Below are positions 17,760-27,989 of a stretch of DNA of 64,000 nucleotides, piece by piece. Source of the stretch: a virus (taxonomy: Duplodnaviria > Caudoviricetes); IMG/VR virus record IMGVR_UViG_3300015608_002119, positions 1 through 64,000 of that record; one strand, written 5' to 3'. The position numbers and the translations under genes are program-made. Numbering within the stretch: the stretch's first letter is position 1; every line of letters starts with the position of its first letter. The notes below the pieces were generated by a model. The model was given only the letters and a program-made list of their open reading frames with translations. It was not told the DNA's origin and did not search any database.

Positions 17760-20700
17760 TTATGAGCAGCGGCTGTAGCCGCAGTCAAGGCACTGCACGC
17801 AGCCGTCCTTATAGGCTAGGCTCTTAGAGCCACACTCCGAGCACTTCTTGGAGTTTGACTGGATTTTTGTGCCATCGACGATATAGTTCTTCAGGACCCG
17901 AGCCAGAACCTTGCTGATCGAGAACAGGTCGCTCTCGCGATCACCTGCTTTCGTGAGCTGCTCAACAATGAACTGCACCGGAACGCCGTGGCGCATCGAC
18001 AGGGACAGCATTCTCGTATAACCGGAATGCACCGGGTTCTCAAAGATGTTGCCAACGTCGCTGATCACCATTTCATCCTCCGGCAATTCCTCATAGTCGA
18101 AGTGAAAGTCGTATCTCGCAGGATTTATGTCGCCGTTGTGCTTGGACAGCTTACCGGCCTTGACTCGTTTCGGAATCTTGATGAACTTGCTAAGCCCACC
18201 CATGATCTCGTATGGTCGATCATCCAGCTTTCCAACGAATATCGTCCACTTCTCACCTTGCACGGTGGAGTGGTAAACGTCGCACGCTAGCTCGTTTGGA
18301 CGTTTGGCTGCGTGGTTGATCAGGCTGCCAAAAGATTGTTGCTTGTCTTTGTTGGCAGTTGATGACTCAGTGGAGGACACCAGCACGCCACTGCGAGAGC
18401 CGTCGCGATAGACCGTGAACCCCTTACAGCCACTCTTCCATGCGCGCAGATAGACCTCACTAACAAGTTCTTCTGTTGCGTCTTTTGGAAGGTTGCACGT
18501 CTTGCTGATGCTGTGCGCAATCCACTTCTGGGCTGCGGCCTGTAGATCGACGGACATCTTCCAGTCAACGTCTGCTGATGTGGCCTTCCAGTAAGGAGAG
18601 TTCTCTGGGGAGATAAGGTTCTCCGCGGCACCACACTCTCGTTGCTCCTTGCACCAGCGCTCATACCCACCATGCCGAACCTCGAACTCGGTCCACTTGT
18701 CTCCGAGCTCATCAACATAGTCGACCCGTGCATCGACATCGTTTGGATTGATTTTCTTCCTTCTCTTATAGCTGATCAGGTAAGCTGGCTCAATACCGCT
18801 AGTTGTTCCGTGGATGTTGTGCTTCTCAGACACAAGAGCCAGCATCGATGTAGTGCCTGCTGGTGGCGTGGTCGTGTCTGCGATGTTCCTGCGGCCATAC
18901 TTCAAGTAACGATCGCGATACACCGGACCAAGATAATCGTACTGGTTACTAGCCTCAAGCACTCGTGTAAGAAATGGATGGTCTTTCTCCTTGCCGTAGT
19001 CATACACCGGGAACGAGCCGCGTTGCATTGCCATATCCACAGATGACCTGAACGCGTTAACAGCCATGACCTTGTATAGACGATCGATATACTCAATACT
19101 CTCCTGACTGCCGTAGCGCAAACCAACGGCAGCCACAAGGTCACCAACTCCGGTGAGTCCAAGCCCGGTGCGCCTTCCCTGAGCACAGACACGTGATATG
19201 TTGGTCCACAGGTTAAGCTCTGGTTGCTTTGTGTCGTCATCCTCTGGGTCGTTCTTGATCTTTGCAATGATCTTGTCGATCGCTTCAAGCTCAAGGTCAA
19301 CAAGGTCGTCCATCAGCCGCTGAGCATCATAACAGGCAGCTGCGAACTTTTGAAAGTCAAACCTATCAGGCGATTCTGGAGGCACGCCCTCATTCAGAAA
19401 GCCCATACAATTAACCAGTAGAAGCCTGCACGCGCCCCAGGCTTCTAGAATTATTTCGCCGCAGTTCGACACGAGCAATCCACCGGTCCAGTATGTGTGT
19501 TCTGGGGCATCAACGGTGATGTCGAACACGTCCTCTTTGCTGACAGGTTTAACCTCAATGATCTCGTGTGTGTGTTCGGGCAGCGTTGTCTCTGGCCTTT
19601 CCAACAGCTCGCCTAGCGCCTTCTGTTGGTCTTGGTCTGTGAACCCAACGAGCTGACTGAACAACAACTGGTCGTGTCGTGTATTGATGCGTAGAACATC
19701 AATGGCGCCATTGCAGTCTGTTGTTTGGTGAGATTCAATGCCAATGGCCGACAGCATCAATTGAATGCGCTCAATCAGCTTAACGCTACTCCAGTGCTCA
19801 AATCTGATTTGGTCATTAGCAATATATCCGAACGCGTCAGTCAATGCCATTAAGAGCTGGCGCAACTCTTCCAAGTTCGCCTTGTAATCGGCGTGCAGTG
19901 GTGCTGTTGCAGCATCATAAGCGACACTAGAATCACATAGACTCAGTGGCTTGGCAACGGGTGGCATTCCTTGTGATGAATCAATCGACTCTGCCAGTCC
20001 CGCCTCGACCTTTTCCCCGTTCGAGACAACCCGATGGTTCTTTGTGCCATAGAACACACCAGCATGTGTCCTAAAGCTATGAACTGGCTTGACGCCAGTT
20101 GCAACCTTCCTGATAATCTTGGTCCATTGCTTACCGGACCAGATCGTGTCACCAACAGATACTTGCCCGAGCGTCCTGATGCCATCCGGTGTCAAGACGG
20201 TGGCCCATGCTGGCTGGCATGGGTTCGTTGATATTGACTCAAAACCAACGTCCGCGTAACAGTCAGACGGCGTCTGGGAAGTGACCGTGTCCCAGAACAG
20301 AGCTCCAGGTTCGGCGGAGTCCCACGCAGCATGAACGAACTGTTTCCATATATCCCTGGCGATAACGCGCTTGGTGATCTTTGGCGTCTTGCTATTGACT
20401 GGCCAGCGCAGCTCTACGTCCCGGTCTTCCACGATGGCGTTAAGAAACTCGTCTGACCACCGTACGGAGATATTCGCTCCGGTGACCTTCTTGAGATCGC
20501 GTTTGATGTTGATGAACGTCTCGATTTCTGGGTGGTGGCATGAGATCGTGAGCATTAGCGCTCCACGCCTGCCGCCCTGTGCCACTTCGCGACACGTGTT
20601 CGAGAACCGCTCCATGAACACGCCGATTCCATCGGTGGTGCTGGCGGCGTTGGCCGTTGGTAGCCCACGTGGCCGGATGTTGGAGATGTCGTGCCCAACA

Positions 20701-21122
20701 CCTCCGCGACGTTTCATGATTTGCGCCTGTCGCTGGTCTGTGTTGAGAATAGACCCGTACGAGTCCTGGCAGGACGGGATCACAAAGCAGTTGCCAAGCG
20801 ACAAGAGCTGGTGTGGATTTCCAATACCAGCCATCGGGCTTCCTTGAGGAATAAGCTCTTTGAACTTATGGAATCGCTGATAGATCGAGTCAGCTGACAG
20901 CGCATTGCCATACTTCGATTCAATCCTGGCAAACTCTGCCGCCATACGCCGGTGCATGTCGTCGGGCGTTGCTTCAAGCAGATTGCCGCCGTTATCCTTC
21001 ATCGCGTACTTGCCAACAAACGCCTTGGCACCCAGCTCATTGCCATTCAGGTACTTGGTCGTCTCAGCCAAGGCTGTTTCATAGTCTACGATCACGTTTT
21101 TACTACCAGCTGCCATCTTCAA
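17760..21122 (-). CDS. nrdJ: Class II (adenosylcobalamin) ribonucleotide reductase with intein
   Basis: NCFV, RRGGVG, RRGA, NPC|intein|CGE, PAGT, SGIEP, SISKT, KGFTVYRDGSR, C-terminal Zn ribbon; no small subunit nearby. Confidence 0.9.
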   Translation of the reverse strand: MKMAAGSKNVIVDYETALAETTKYLNGNELGAKAFVGKYAMKDNGGNLLEATPDDMHRRMAAEFARIESKYGNALSADSIYQRFHKFKELIPQGSPMAGIGNPHQLLSLGNCFVIPSCQDSYGSILNTDQRQAQIMKRRGGVGHDISNIRPRGLPTANAASTTDGIGVFMERFSNTCREVAQGGRRGALMLTISCHHPEIETFINIKRDLKKVTGANISVRWSDEFLNAIVEDRDVELRWPVNSKTPKITKRVIARDIWKQFVHAAWDSAEPGALFWDTVTSQTPSDCYADVGFESISTNPCQPAWATVLTPDGIRTLGQVSVGDTIWSGKQWTKIIRKVATGVKPVHSFRTHAGVFYGTKNHRVVSNGEKVEAGLAESIDSSQGMPPVAKPLSLCDSSVAYDAATAPLHADYKANLEELRQLLMALTDAFGYIANDQIRFEHWSSVKLIERIQLMLSAIGIESHQTTDCNGAIDVLRINTRHDQLLFSQLVGFTDQDQQKALGELLERPETTLPEHTHEIIEVKPVSKEDVFDITVDAPEHTYWTGGLLVSNCGEIILEAWGACRLLLVNCMGFLNEGVPPESPDRFDFQKFAAACYDAQRLMDDLVDLELEAIDKIIAKIKNDPEDDDTKQPELNLWTNISRVCAQGRRTGLGLTGVGDLVAAVGLRYGSQESIEYIDRLYKVMAVNAFRSSVDMAMQRGSFPVYDYGKEKDHPFLTRVLEASNQYDYLGPVYRDRYLKYGRRNIADTTTPPAGTTSMLALVSEKHNIHGTTSGIEPAYLISYKRRKKINPNDVDARVDYVDELGDKWTEFEVRHGGYERWCKEQRECGAAENLISPENSPYWKATSADVDWKMSVDLQAAAQKWIAHSISKTCNLPKDATEELVSEVYLRAWKSGCKGFTVYRDGSRSGVLVSSTESSTANKDKQQSFGSLINHAAKRPNELACDVYHSTVQGEKWTIFVGKLDDRPYEIMGGLSKFIKIPKRVKAGKLSKHNGDINPARYDFHFDYEELPEDEMVISDVGNIFENPVHSGYTRMLSLSMRHGVPVQFIVEQLTKAGDRESDLFSISKVLARVLKNYIVDGTKIQSNSKKCSECGSKSLAYKDGCVQCLDCGYSRCS
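19464..20219 (-). mobile_element. Intein (252 aa) with degenerate LAGLIDADG remnant
   Basis: Starts CQP, block B TKNHRV, ends VFDITV...LLVSN followed by Cys. Confidence 0.88.
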
Positions 21123-21164
21123 TCTCTTCTCCTAGCTCTTTTTTCGTCTTCGCTTCGTATGTTG

Positions 21165-22673
21165 TTATTGTCGAACCGCACCGAGACCTGTCAGGTGCAG
21201 CTTTTCTTTGCTGTCTTTGATTGCCTGACGGAACCTGCTGATGGTGTCCTGTTGGATCTGTTCACGCTCAGCCTCCATGGACCCTTGCAGGTCTTCCACC
21301 TCCGCATCACTAAGCACACGCATTTTGCTTCGTGCTGTATCGAGGTGTACCTTGAAGCTCAGGCCGTCAATCCCAAAACGGTTCTTGGCTACAAACAGCG
21401 TGCCAAGCCCGGTTGCTTTCTGTGTGCTGACGCGTTGCAAGCCAAGGATGCAGTCGGCCTCACTGGCTTGCCCATAGCTCTCAGCGAGGTTCGTCGAGTC
21501 AACGATCTCACTCTTTGCACCTTCCTTGTTGCTCTGGAGAGCAGTCCACAGTGGCACATCAAGCTCCTTGGCCAGCTTTCGGAGCTCTTGAATGACATAT
21601 TGCATTTCAAGCCGCGGAAGATCGTAACGTTCGGTACTTCTGATGATACCTGCATAGTCAACGATGATCATATCCGGCTTGATGCCGCGATAGCTCATCT
21701 TCTCAATATGTGCCTTGATGTTGCTGCATGTAATCGACCGCGGCGGAAACTCCTTGATGATCAGACGCCCAAGATGTTCCCTGTTGGAAGCGAAGTATTC
21801 CCGGATCAGATCTTTAGACTCCGAACAGTCCGAGCTGTTGATGTCTGTAAGGTGTGAGTCATACCTGATACCGACATAACGCTCATTCAACTCCATGGTA
21901 TAGTGAAACACGTTCTTGCCACGAAGCAGCGCGTTCGCGCCAAAGTGCGTCAGAATGTGAGACTTACCACCACCGGTAGGCGCACACACAATCCCGATCT
22001 CACCAGCTCCAAGGCCACCAGCAAGCACCTTCTTGTTATCGAGGTGATCGATACCCGTTGGAATCGGATGCCTGAACGTCTCGGAGTAACGGGCATCAAT
22101 GTCGTTGACATAGTCGTGACCCGGAGAAGCCGCCATACCAGCCGAGATGGCTGTCTTCATAATATCAATGACGGTCTCGTACTTGTCGGTCAAGATAACA
22201 TCAACCGATTCAGAGAGTGCTTTCTTTAGTAGTTGCTGTCGACAAAACGTGAATGCCTTATCCTTCACCCACGGAAGGTCGGCGCCATTCTCGTTCTTGA
22301 TAGTACGTTGTAGAAACGCCGCGCACTGCTCACGAATGACAAGGTCGTTCTTGTGACTGAGCTCATCACGCAATATCGTCACCATAAGCTCCATCGTCGG
22401 GAACTCCTTGTAGGTGTGATAGTAGTTGATGTACTTGTAAGCGATTAGCTTGAGATGCGGCGGCTCTAGGCACTCATCGACATTGAACACTTCGATAAAT
22501 GATGATGCCCACTGCCTGTCGTTGAGAAGCGCCTGGAGCACTTTCTCCTGGAAAGACCTGCCGAGGTGAGTGAAAGGCTCGATTACTTCTGTCGAGCTAT
22601 GTCGCTGGTCTGCGTTGATTATGTCACTGGCCGTTGATTGCAATGCTGATGGTTGGTTGTTGGTGTTTGTCAT
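21165..22673 (-). CDS. Replicative helicase (DnaB/T4 gp41-like)
   Basis: APTGGGKS Walker A, YTMEL, IIVDYA, WTALQSN, KNRFG. Confidence 0.9.
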   Translation of the reverse strand: MTNTNNQPSALQSTASDIINADQRHSSTEVIEPFTHLGRSFQEKVLQALLNDRQWASSFIEVFNVDECLEPPHLKLIAYKYINYYHTYKEFPTMELMVTILRDELSHKNDLVIREQCAAFLQRTIKNENGADLPWVKDKAFTFCRQQLLKKALSESVDVILTDKYETVIDIMKTAISAGMAASPGHDYVNDIDARYSETFRHPIPTGIDHLDNKKVLAGGLGAGEIGIVCAPTGGGKSHILTHFGANALLRGKNVFHYTMELNERYVGIRYDSHLTDINSSDCSESKDLIREYFASNREHLGRLIIKEFPPRSITCSNIKAHIEKMSYRGIKPDMIIVDYAGIIRSTERYDLPRLEMQYVIQELRKLAKELDVPLWTALQSNKEGAKSEIVDSTNLAESYGQASEADCILGLQRVSTQKATGLGTLFVAKNRFGIDGLSFKVHLDTARSKMRVLSDAEVEDLQGSMEAEREQIQQDTISRFRQAIKDSKEKLHLTGLGAVRQ

Positions 22674-22725
22674 GGTGCTGTTTGGTGTTTTGTCTTGTTG
22701 CCTATGTGTCGGACAGTAGAGACAG

Positions 22726-22757
22726 AATCGCCCCTGGTGGTTATACCAGGGGCGATT
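22726..22757. terminator. 13-bp stem hairpin between exonuclease and helicase
   Basis: AATCGCCCCTGGT-GGTTAT-ACCAGGGGCGATT. Confidence 0.6.
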
Positions 22758-22797
22758 ATCTAAGCCAAGTGCATGTGCTGAGAGGAGGTGTGGTTAA

Positions 22798-23829
22798 CTA
22801 CTCCGACAAGGTCATCAATCTCTTGAGCTGAGTGAATGAACGATCGATACCCGCATCAACCGGAATATCCACCGCGGCAAACACCTTGATATAGTCAAGC
22901 CTGTTGCACACCTTGTTGTTGTCGTGCTCGTCGATCTTGTAGTTGATCTTGGCAATCTGGTTTGCCGCTAGACTTGACGCGTCCAGGTACATCAGCTTCC
23001 AGTTGCGTTCGATAATGTCCGCGGACGACTTGATGCTCTCGTAGCACTTCGGAACACGGCCGCTAAGGCCCCTAGCCGCCCGTTCTGCGGCCTCAAACAA
23101 CCAGGACGTATCCAAGTCCACGTCGTCACGTTTCAGGTCCTGAAATCGACTCGTAATCGTTTTGAACCCGATCCCGTCAACACCGTCCAGATTATCCGAC
23201 GGATCACCAACAACAGCGCGCGCCAGTGTGATGTTTCGTGGGTGTGCGGCAAAGTTTTCCAACACCCAACCGGCGTCTATGATGATCTTGCGTGCAGGAT
23301 CATATATTCTGACCGTGTCATCTTCTAGCAGCTGGTAGAAGTCCTTGTCGCTTGACATAACGAACTTGGTTCGCCGTTTGCCCTCCAACATCTCTGACCG
23401 GTACTTCTGCTTCACAATATAGGCAATCACATCATCTGCTTCCGTGTCCGGGACATAAACCTGACACACGGGCGTATGGCTCAAAGCCTTCGCGCACAGA
23501 GACAACTGGAAGATCTTGTTGCTCTCGTCGGAGGAAGCCTTGTACTTACCGTCCTTCCGATACATCTCATTGATCTTCTTGTTTGTTGATCGGTTGGCTT
23601 TATAGCCTGGGAATATGTGCTTCCTCCTCTGAGATGGTCCGCCTTGTTCCCACACCACAAACAGTTTCTCTGGCTTTAGCAGCTCTGTCGCTGCTCCAAT
23701 TGCCTTGATAAACCCGGTCGCGCCTCCAACAAGTTGTCCACCAGCATTAACCGCTTCGGAGACTGCAAAGTGACGCATGAACACGTTAAGCCCGTCAACC
23801 ACCAAGATACTGTTTTGTATTGCCATCAT
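22798..23829 (-). CDS. 5'-3' exonuclease / T4 RNase H-like flap nuclease
   Basis: VDGLN, YKANR, EADD, SSDKDFYQL, GDPSDNLDGV.GIG.KT. Confidence 0.92.
   Translation of the reverse strand: MMAIQNSILVVDGLNVFMRHFAVSEAVNAGGQLVGGATGFIKAIGAATELLKPEKLFVVWEQGGPSQRRKHIFPGYKANRSTNKKINEMYRKDGKYKASSDESNKIFQLSLCAKALSHTPVCQVYVPDTEADDVIAYIVKQKYRSEMLEGKRRTKFVMSSDKDFYQLLEDDTVRIYDPARKIIIDAGWVLENFAAHPRNITLARAVVGDPSDNLDGVDGIGFKTITSRFQDLKRDDVDLDTSWLFEAAERAARGLSGRVPKCYESIKSSADIIERNWKLMYLDASSLAANQIAKINYKIDEHDNNKVCNRLDYIKVFAAVDIPVDAGIDRSFTQLKRLMTLSE
23065..23158. repeat. Bipartite ~90-bp dispersed element, copy B (inside exonuclease gene)
   Basis: AAGGCCCCTAGCCGCCCGTTCT; right arm CGTTTCAGGTCCTGAAATCGACT at +64. Confidence 0.75.
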
Positions 23830-23859
23830 GTTGTGTTTGTGCCTTTAAGCCTTCTTGCT

Positions 23860-24399
23860 CTAAAGAAGCAGGAACTGTCGGTTGCCAAATGATTTCAGAC
23901 TAGTTGCATTGATGATTCCATCATCGTCGCTATAGTCATCCTTGCCGCCTTGATCGACGGTACCTCGCAGGTAGGCAACACGGCCGTCTGCCAACAGCAG
24001 ACTGACGCCAATTGTCCAGTCGCTATCATAGTCGGGGTCATATGCAAGATAATAGCTGCCAAGGTACATTCCGATGTTCTTGCCGACGTCAAAGCGCGCC
24101 ACGGTTGACGCTGCCGGGCTCTCCGGAAAGGTGTACTTCTTTATCAGCTCCTGATCATACGGGTGTGTGGTGAACAACTCCTTGCGTAGCTGCGCGGCCG
24201 TATATACAAAGTACCGCTTGTCGTCGTCTGACAGTCTGAGCTCTGCCACGTGCACTGCCCGAATGTAGTCGACCGCCTCGCTTTGGTTCTCCCACCCATC
24301 AACAGAAAAGTGCGCGACGCGCCCTAGATGACTTGGCTTTATTGTCAGGCCGCGTATCATGGTACCGGGCTTTAGATCAACCAGTTCACGCAGCAACAT
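23860..24399 (-). CDS. Hypothetical protein
   Basis: TAATG coupling to dut. Confidence 0.6.
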   Translation of the reverse strand: MLLRELVDLKPGTMIRGLTIKPSHLGRVAHFSVDGWENQSEAVDYIRAVHVAELRLSDDDKRYFVYTAAQLRKELFTTHPYDQELIKKYTFPESPAASTVARFDVGKNIGMYLGSYYLAYDPDYDSDWTIGVSLLLADGRVAYLRGTVDQGGKDDYSDDDGIINATSLKSFGNRQFLLL

Positions 24400-24923
24400 T
24401 ACTTCCCAGTACTCCCATAGCCGCTAGTGCCACGTGTCGATGAGGACATGTCGGCGTCGGTGGCTTCGACAAACGCGACCGTACAGTCAGATGTGTTCGT
24501 TAGAATAAGTTGAATGACCAGCTGTGCGATCCTATCACCCGGCATGATCGTGTATGGCGTTTTACCGGCATTAAGCAGAACAACGCCGATCTCACCCCTA
24601 TATCCAACATCCACAGTGCCGGTCACGGTAAACACTGACTTCCTTGCAAGTCCGCTTCGTGACCTGATATCAAGGAATACTGCGTTGCCATTGAATGACA
24701 ATGGACAGCTGGCCAGTTGAAGTCCGGTCCTTACAACTTCAACAGATCCTGGTTCAATAGTCGTTTCGGTCACAGCGTACAGGTCAAACCCAGCATCGCC
24801 TGGGTGTGCCTGGGTTGGCATCTGGGCATTCTCATGTACTTTGAGAAGTCCGACCTTGAATGGCGAGAACATGGAATGAACGTGAATGACCTGAGGAGTT
24901 ACGGGCAATGGGATTGATGACAT
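24399..24923 (-). CDS. dut: Trimeric dUTPase
   Basis: AGFDL, RSGLA, GTVDVGYRGEI, DRIAQL, RGTSGYGSTG. Confidence 0.95.
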   Translation of the reverse strand: MSSIPLPVTPQVIHVHSMFSPFKVGLLKVHENAQMPTQAHPGDAGFDLYAVTETTIEPGSVEVVRTGLQLASCPLSFNGNAVFLDIRSRSGLARKSVFTVTGTVDVGYRGEIGVVLLNAGKTPYTIMPGDRIAQLVIQLILTNTSDCTVAFVEATDADMSSSTRGTSGYGSTGK

Positions 24924-24984
24924 ATGCTGCTTGTAGCATATGTGTCCGTTATTCCTTAGTCAACATGGTCAAACGCACAACGCA

Positions 24985-25019
24985 GAAAGGCCGGTGGGAT
25001 TAAATCCCACCGGCCTTTC
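24985..25019. terminator. Intrinsic terminator hairpin downstream of the AAA ATPase
   Basis: GAAAGGCCGGTGGGAT-TAA-ATCCCACCGGCCTTTC. Confidence 0.8.
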
Positions 25020-25080
25020 ATTTATTGGTCGTGTGTCGATTAGTTGCCAGCTGGTTAGCTGGTTGCTGGCTGTTAAACAC

Positions 25081-26307
25081 TCAGCCGGTCTTGGCACCGC
25101 TCTGGTTGCCGAGCACCTCGACGTACCGCTGGGCGACGTGGGAGTGCATCACGGCGATGTTGTTGTTCAGGTTGATGGTCTTCCACAGGACCATCAGCAG
25201 CTCCGGGGGAGCTGCGAGCACGAACCCCGCAAGATTCTTGGCCTCGGCCGGAGACAGCGTGTGCGTCTTCAGGAGGTGTTCGAGCTTGCCGTGCAGGTCG
25301 ACAAACTTGAGGTGACGCTTGCTGTCGTCCTTCGGTAGCCGCTTCTCGGTCTTGGACCACGGGTTCGCGAGGAGCTCCTCGGCCGTGATATCCGAGGCCC
25401 GGTCCTTGCAGTGGTTCTGGTACGCCGCGGCGGCCTCAAAACCAACCATCGAAGCCGCCATGTGCAGGAACACGGGGGACTCTGGCGTGTTGTACAGGCC
25501 CGAGGCGGTCAGCTCGGAGTCCAGGGCGAACCACGCACGTCGATCGGGCGTCTTCTTGTTGGGCTCGGACGTGCCCTCAACCTCAAGGTACCGTGCATTG
25601 GCACGGATGAACTCCGAGAGCGCCCCGTTGCAGTTCTCCGCGTAGTATTCGATCGCCTCGTCGACCGTCGGCGCAAGATCGATCACGGCGTACCGGCTGA
25701 GCGCCGCAGGGTCCATGGACTGCACGTCGTACTCGTCCCCGAGGTTGACCGCCACGATCACCTGGGTATCGGCATGCAGCCGGTTGCCATCGAACGCCTT
25801 CGAGTCAGCGAGCTGGAAGGTCGCCTGCTCGACCCCCTTGATCGCTCGGTTGAGCTCGTCGAGGAAGAGGGTGCACGGGAACTCGCAGGTCGCGAGGAGC
25901 CACTCGACCGACCGGAACACGGTGCCACCGCGGCAGCCCTCGAACGGCAGGCCCGTGATGTCGCCCTCCGTCATCTGGGAGAGGCGGCGCTCGACGACCG
26001 GGCGCCCCATGTCATAGTGCCAGACGTTGCGCGGCAGGTCGGCGTAGGCCGGGTTCTTGTCGTTCTTCTTCCAGAACGCCGCGAGCATCCGGTTGAACCC
26101 GGAGTCGTTACGCAGCGCCTCCGAGACGCGGCGGCAGTTGTCCGCGTCCTTGTAGAAGTCCACCTTCCGCTGCGCGGAAGCCTGATAGACGCCCTCGCTC
26201 TTGCCGATGCCATGACGGCCACGGAGCATCACGGCGCGCTGCGAGGAGAAGCGGCGGAGCAGTTCCTGGGTGTTCTTGAACGAAAGGGAGATAGCGAGGA
26301 AACTCAT
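25081..26307 (-). CDS. MoxR/dynein-related AAA+ ATPase
   Basis: GRHGIGKS, LFLDELNRA, MDPAALSRY, PDRRAW. Confidence 0.85.
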   Translation of the reverse strand: MSFLAISLSFKNTQELLRRFSSQRAVMLRGRHGIGKSEGVYQASAQRKVDFYKDADNCRRVSEALRNDSGFNRMLAAFWKKNDKNPAYADLPRNVWHYDMGRPVVERRLSQMTEGDITGLPFEGCRGGTVFRSVEWLLATCEFPCTLFLDELNRAIKGVEQATFQLADSKAFDGNRLHADTQVIVAVNLGDEYDVQSMDPAALSRYAVIDLAPTVDEAIEYYAENCNGALSEFIRANARYLEVEGTSEPNKKTPDRRAWFALDSELTASGLYNTPESPVFLHMAASMVGFEAAAAYQNHCKDRASDITAEELLANPWSKTEKRLPKDDSKRHLKFVDLHGKLEHLLKTHTLSPAEAKNLAGFVLAAPPELLMVLWKTINLNNNIAVMHSHVAQRYVEVLGNQSGAKTG

Positions 26308-26384
26308 GTCTTTACTCTCGGTGGTGTGACTGCTATGGTCGTCTGCGTCGCCGCTCTGTTGTTGGCGTCGCGTTGTGTGAAGCC

Positions 26385-26588
26385 ACCCTAGCAGGCCGAC
26401 ATGAGACAGTCAAGGATTATGTCCGACAATTTTTCAAACGGCCGAACCAATTGGTGTTTTGCGGTAATCTAGCCGGGCATGTCGACCGGTTGCTGAATCG
26501 TGCGCGCATTGCAAGGTACATGCCACTGTACCGGATATACAAACCGATCAGAATACCCATTGACTCTCAATCACGCAGATGGTACGGT
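26385..26588. promoter_or_regulatory. Back-to-back sigma70-type promoters (TTGACT-N17-TAGGGT on -, TTGACT-N17-TACGGT on +)
   Basis: Boxes at 26413-26385 (-) and 26560-26588 (+), both with extended TG. Confidence 0.65.
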
Positions 26589-26598
26589 GCTTTTCACC

Positions 26599-27915
26599 AT
26601 GAGTGAACCCGCACAGAACGTCAGTGACACCAGCAACACCAGTGATGAGGCCGAAGGCCCGCTCAAGCCGGACCCGGCCGTCGACCCCAAGGACTACTGT
26701 TTCGAGCGTGAGATCATTGACCTGATGCAGAACGAGCATTTCGTAGGCCCACTGAGCCTGCGAATCCCGAAGGTGCAGGACTGGAACTGTGAGACCGCGT
26801 ACATCCGCGTTGGAACGGATGCCAACATTCGGATGGGCTACAATCCCGAGTGGCTTCGACGCATGCCGAGCAAGCATCGGGTCGGAATCTTCATCCATGA
26901 GTTCCTGCACGTAGCACTGATGCACGTGACGGAACGTAACGTCGAGGACCGGCGACAGGCCAAGATGTGGAACGTCGCCACAGACCTCGCGATCAACTCG
27001 ATGATCGGCGCGGACAGGCTTCCGGAAGCGACGCTGCTTCCTGGCCGGGCGCCAAAGACCAACGACAAGGGACTGTCGGACCTGATCGTCAGCTTCCCGC
27101 TGCTTGAGTCGGCCGACTGGTACATGGAGCGGCTCATGCGGTATGCCGAGGCGAATTCGCCTCCTGGTGGCGGCGACTACGAGTTTGAGCTCGGGTCGGT
27201 CGATGACCACAGCGGTTGGGGCAACGTGCCGGAGGAGGTTCGAGACATTCTGAAGGAGCACGTGCGATCGATGATCGAGCGGGGGGTCAATAACGCCCAC
27301 AACCGGGCATCGTGGGGCTGTGTACCTGCACAGGCCCAGCGGCTGATCGAGGCCCTGCTGAAGCACGAGCTCGACTGGAAGGCAATTCTGAAGATGTTTA
27401 TCGGTCGCACGCGATCGATGGAGCGGCTGTCGAGCATGAAGCGGATCAACAAGCGCGCCCCGTACCTGATGCCGGGACCCAAGCGCTCGACGTTCGCGAA
27501 CGTGATCTGGTTCATCGACCAGTCCGGGTCTGTCGGTGATGATGACGTGCAGCGTGGGCTTGCAGAGGGTTTTGCATGCAGCAAGCACTCCAAGATCGAC
27601 ATCGTCAACTTCGACACGGAGATCGACATGAGCTCGTTCCAGTCCGTTCAGAACGGGCAGAACTTCAAGTGGGAGCGTACGCGCTGCGGCGGCACTGACT
27701 TCGACGCGGTGGCAAACTTCCTGAACCGTCCGGAAAACCGGAAGAAGTACAGTGCGGCCATCATCTTCACGGACGGTTATGCGCCCAAGATGAGTGCCGT
27801 GAACGGGACGCGCGTCCTCTGGTTGATTACTGAGAGTGGAACGATGAGCGCCCCCCGGCCCGGTGATCTGGTCGTGCAGATGTCCAAGGACAAGACGGTC
27901 AAGCGGGCCGCGTAG
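26599..27915 (+). CDS. Metallopeptidase + VWA-like protein (DUF2201 type)
   Basis: HEFLH, WNVATDLAIN, DQSGS, GGTDF, FTDGY. Confidence 0.88.
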   Translation: MSEPAQNVSDTSNTSDEAEGPLKPDPAVDPKDYCFEREIIDLMQNEHFVGPLSLRIPKVQDWNCETAYIRVGTDANIRMGYNPEWLRRMPSKHRVGIFIHEFLHVALMHVTERNVEDRRQAKMWNVATDLAINSMIGADRLPEATLLPGRAPKTNDKGLSDLIVSFPLLESADWYMERLMRYAEANSPPGGGDYEFELGSVDDHSGWGNVPEEVRDILKEHVRSMIERGVNNAHNRASWGCVPAQAQRLIEALLKHELDWKAILKMFIGRTRSMERLSSMKRINKRAPYLMPGPKRSTFANVIWFIDQSGSVGDDDVQRGLAEGFACSKHSKIDIVNFDTEIDMSSFQSVQNGQNFKWERTRCGGTDFDAVANFLNRPENRKKYSAAIIFTDGYAPKMSAVNGTRVLWLITESGTMSAPRPGDLVVQMSKDKTVKRAA

Positions 27916-27938
27916 GCCGACAGCTTCAATGCTCTGAT

Positions 27939-27973
27939 AAAAGAGAAAGGGCGGCTGCCGCCCTTTCTCTTTT
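27939..27973. terminator. Bidirectional terminator between convergent genes
   Basis: AAAAGAGAAAGGGCGGC-T-GCCGCCCTTTCTCTTTT. Confidence 0.85.
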
Positions 27974-27989
27974 GCTGTTGCAACTGATA

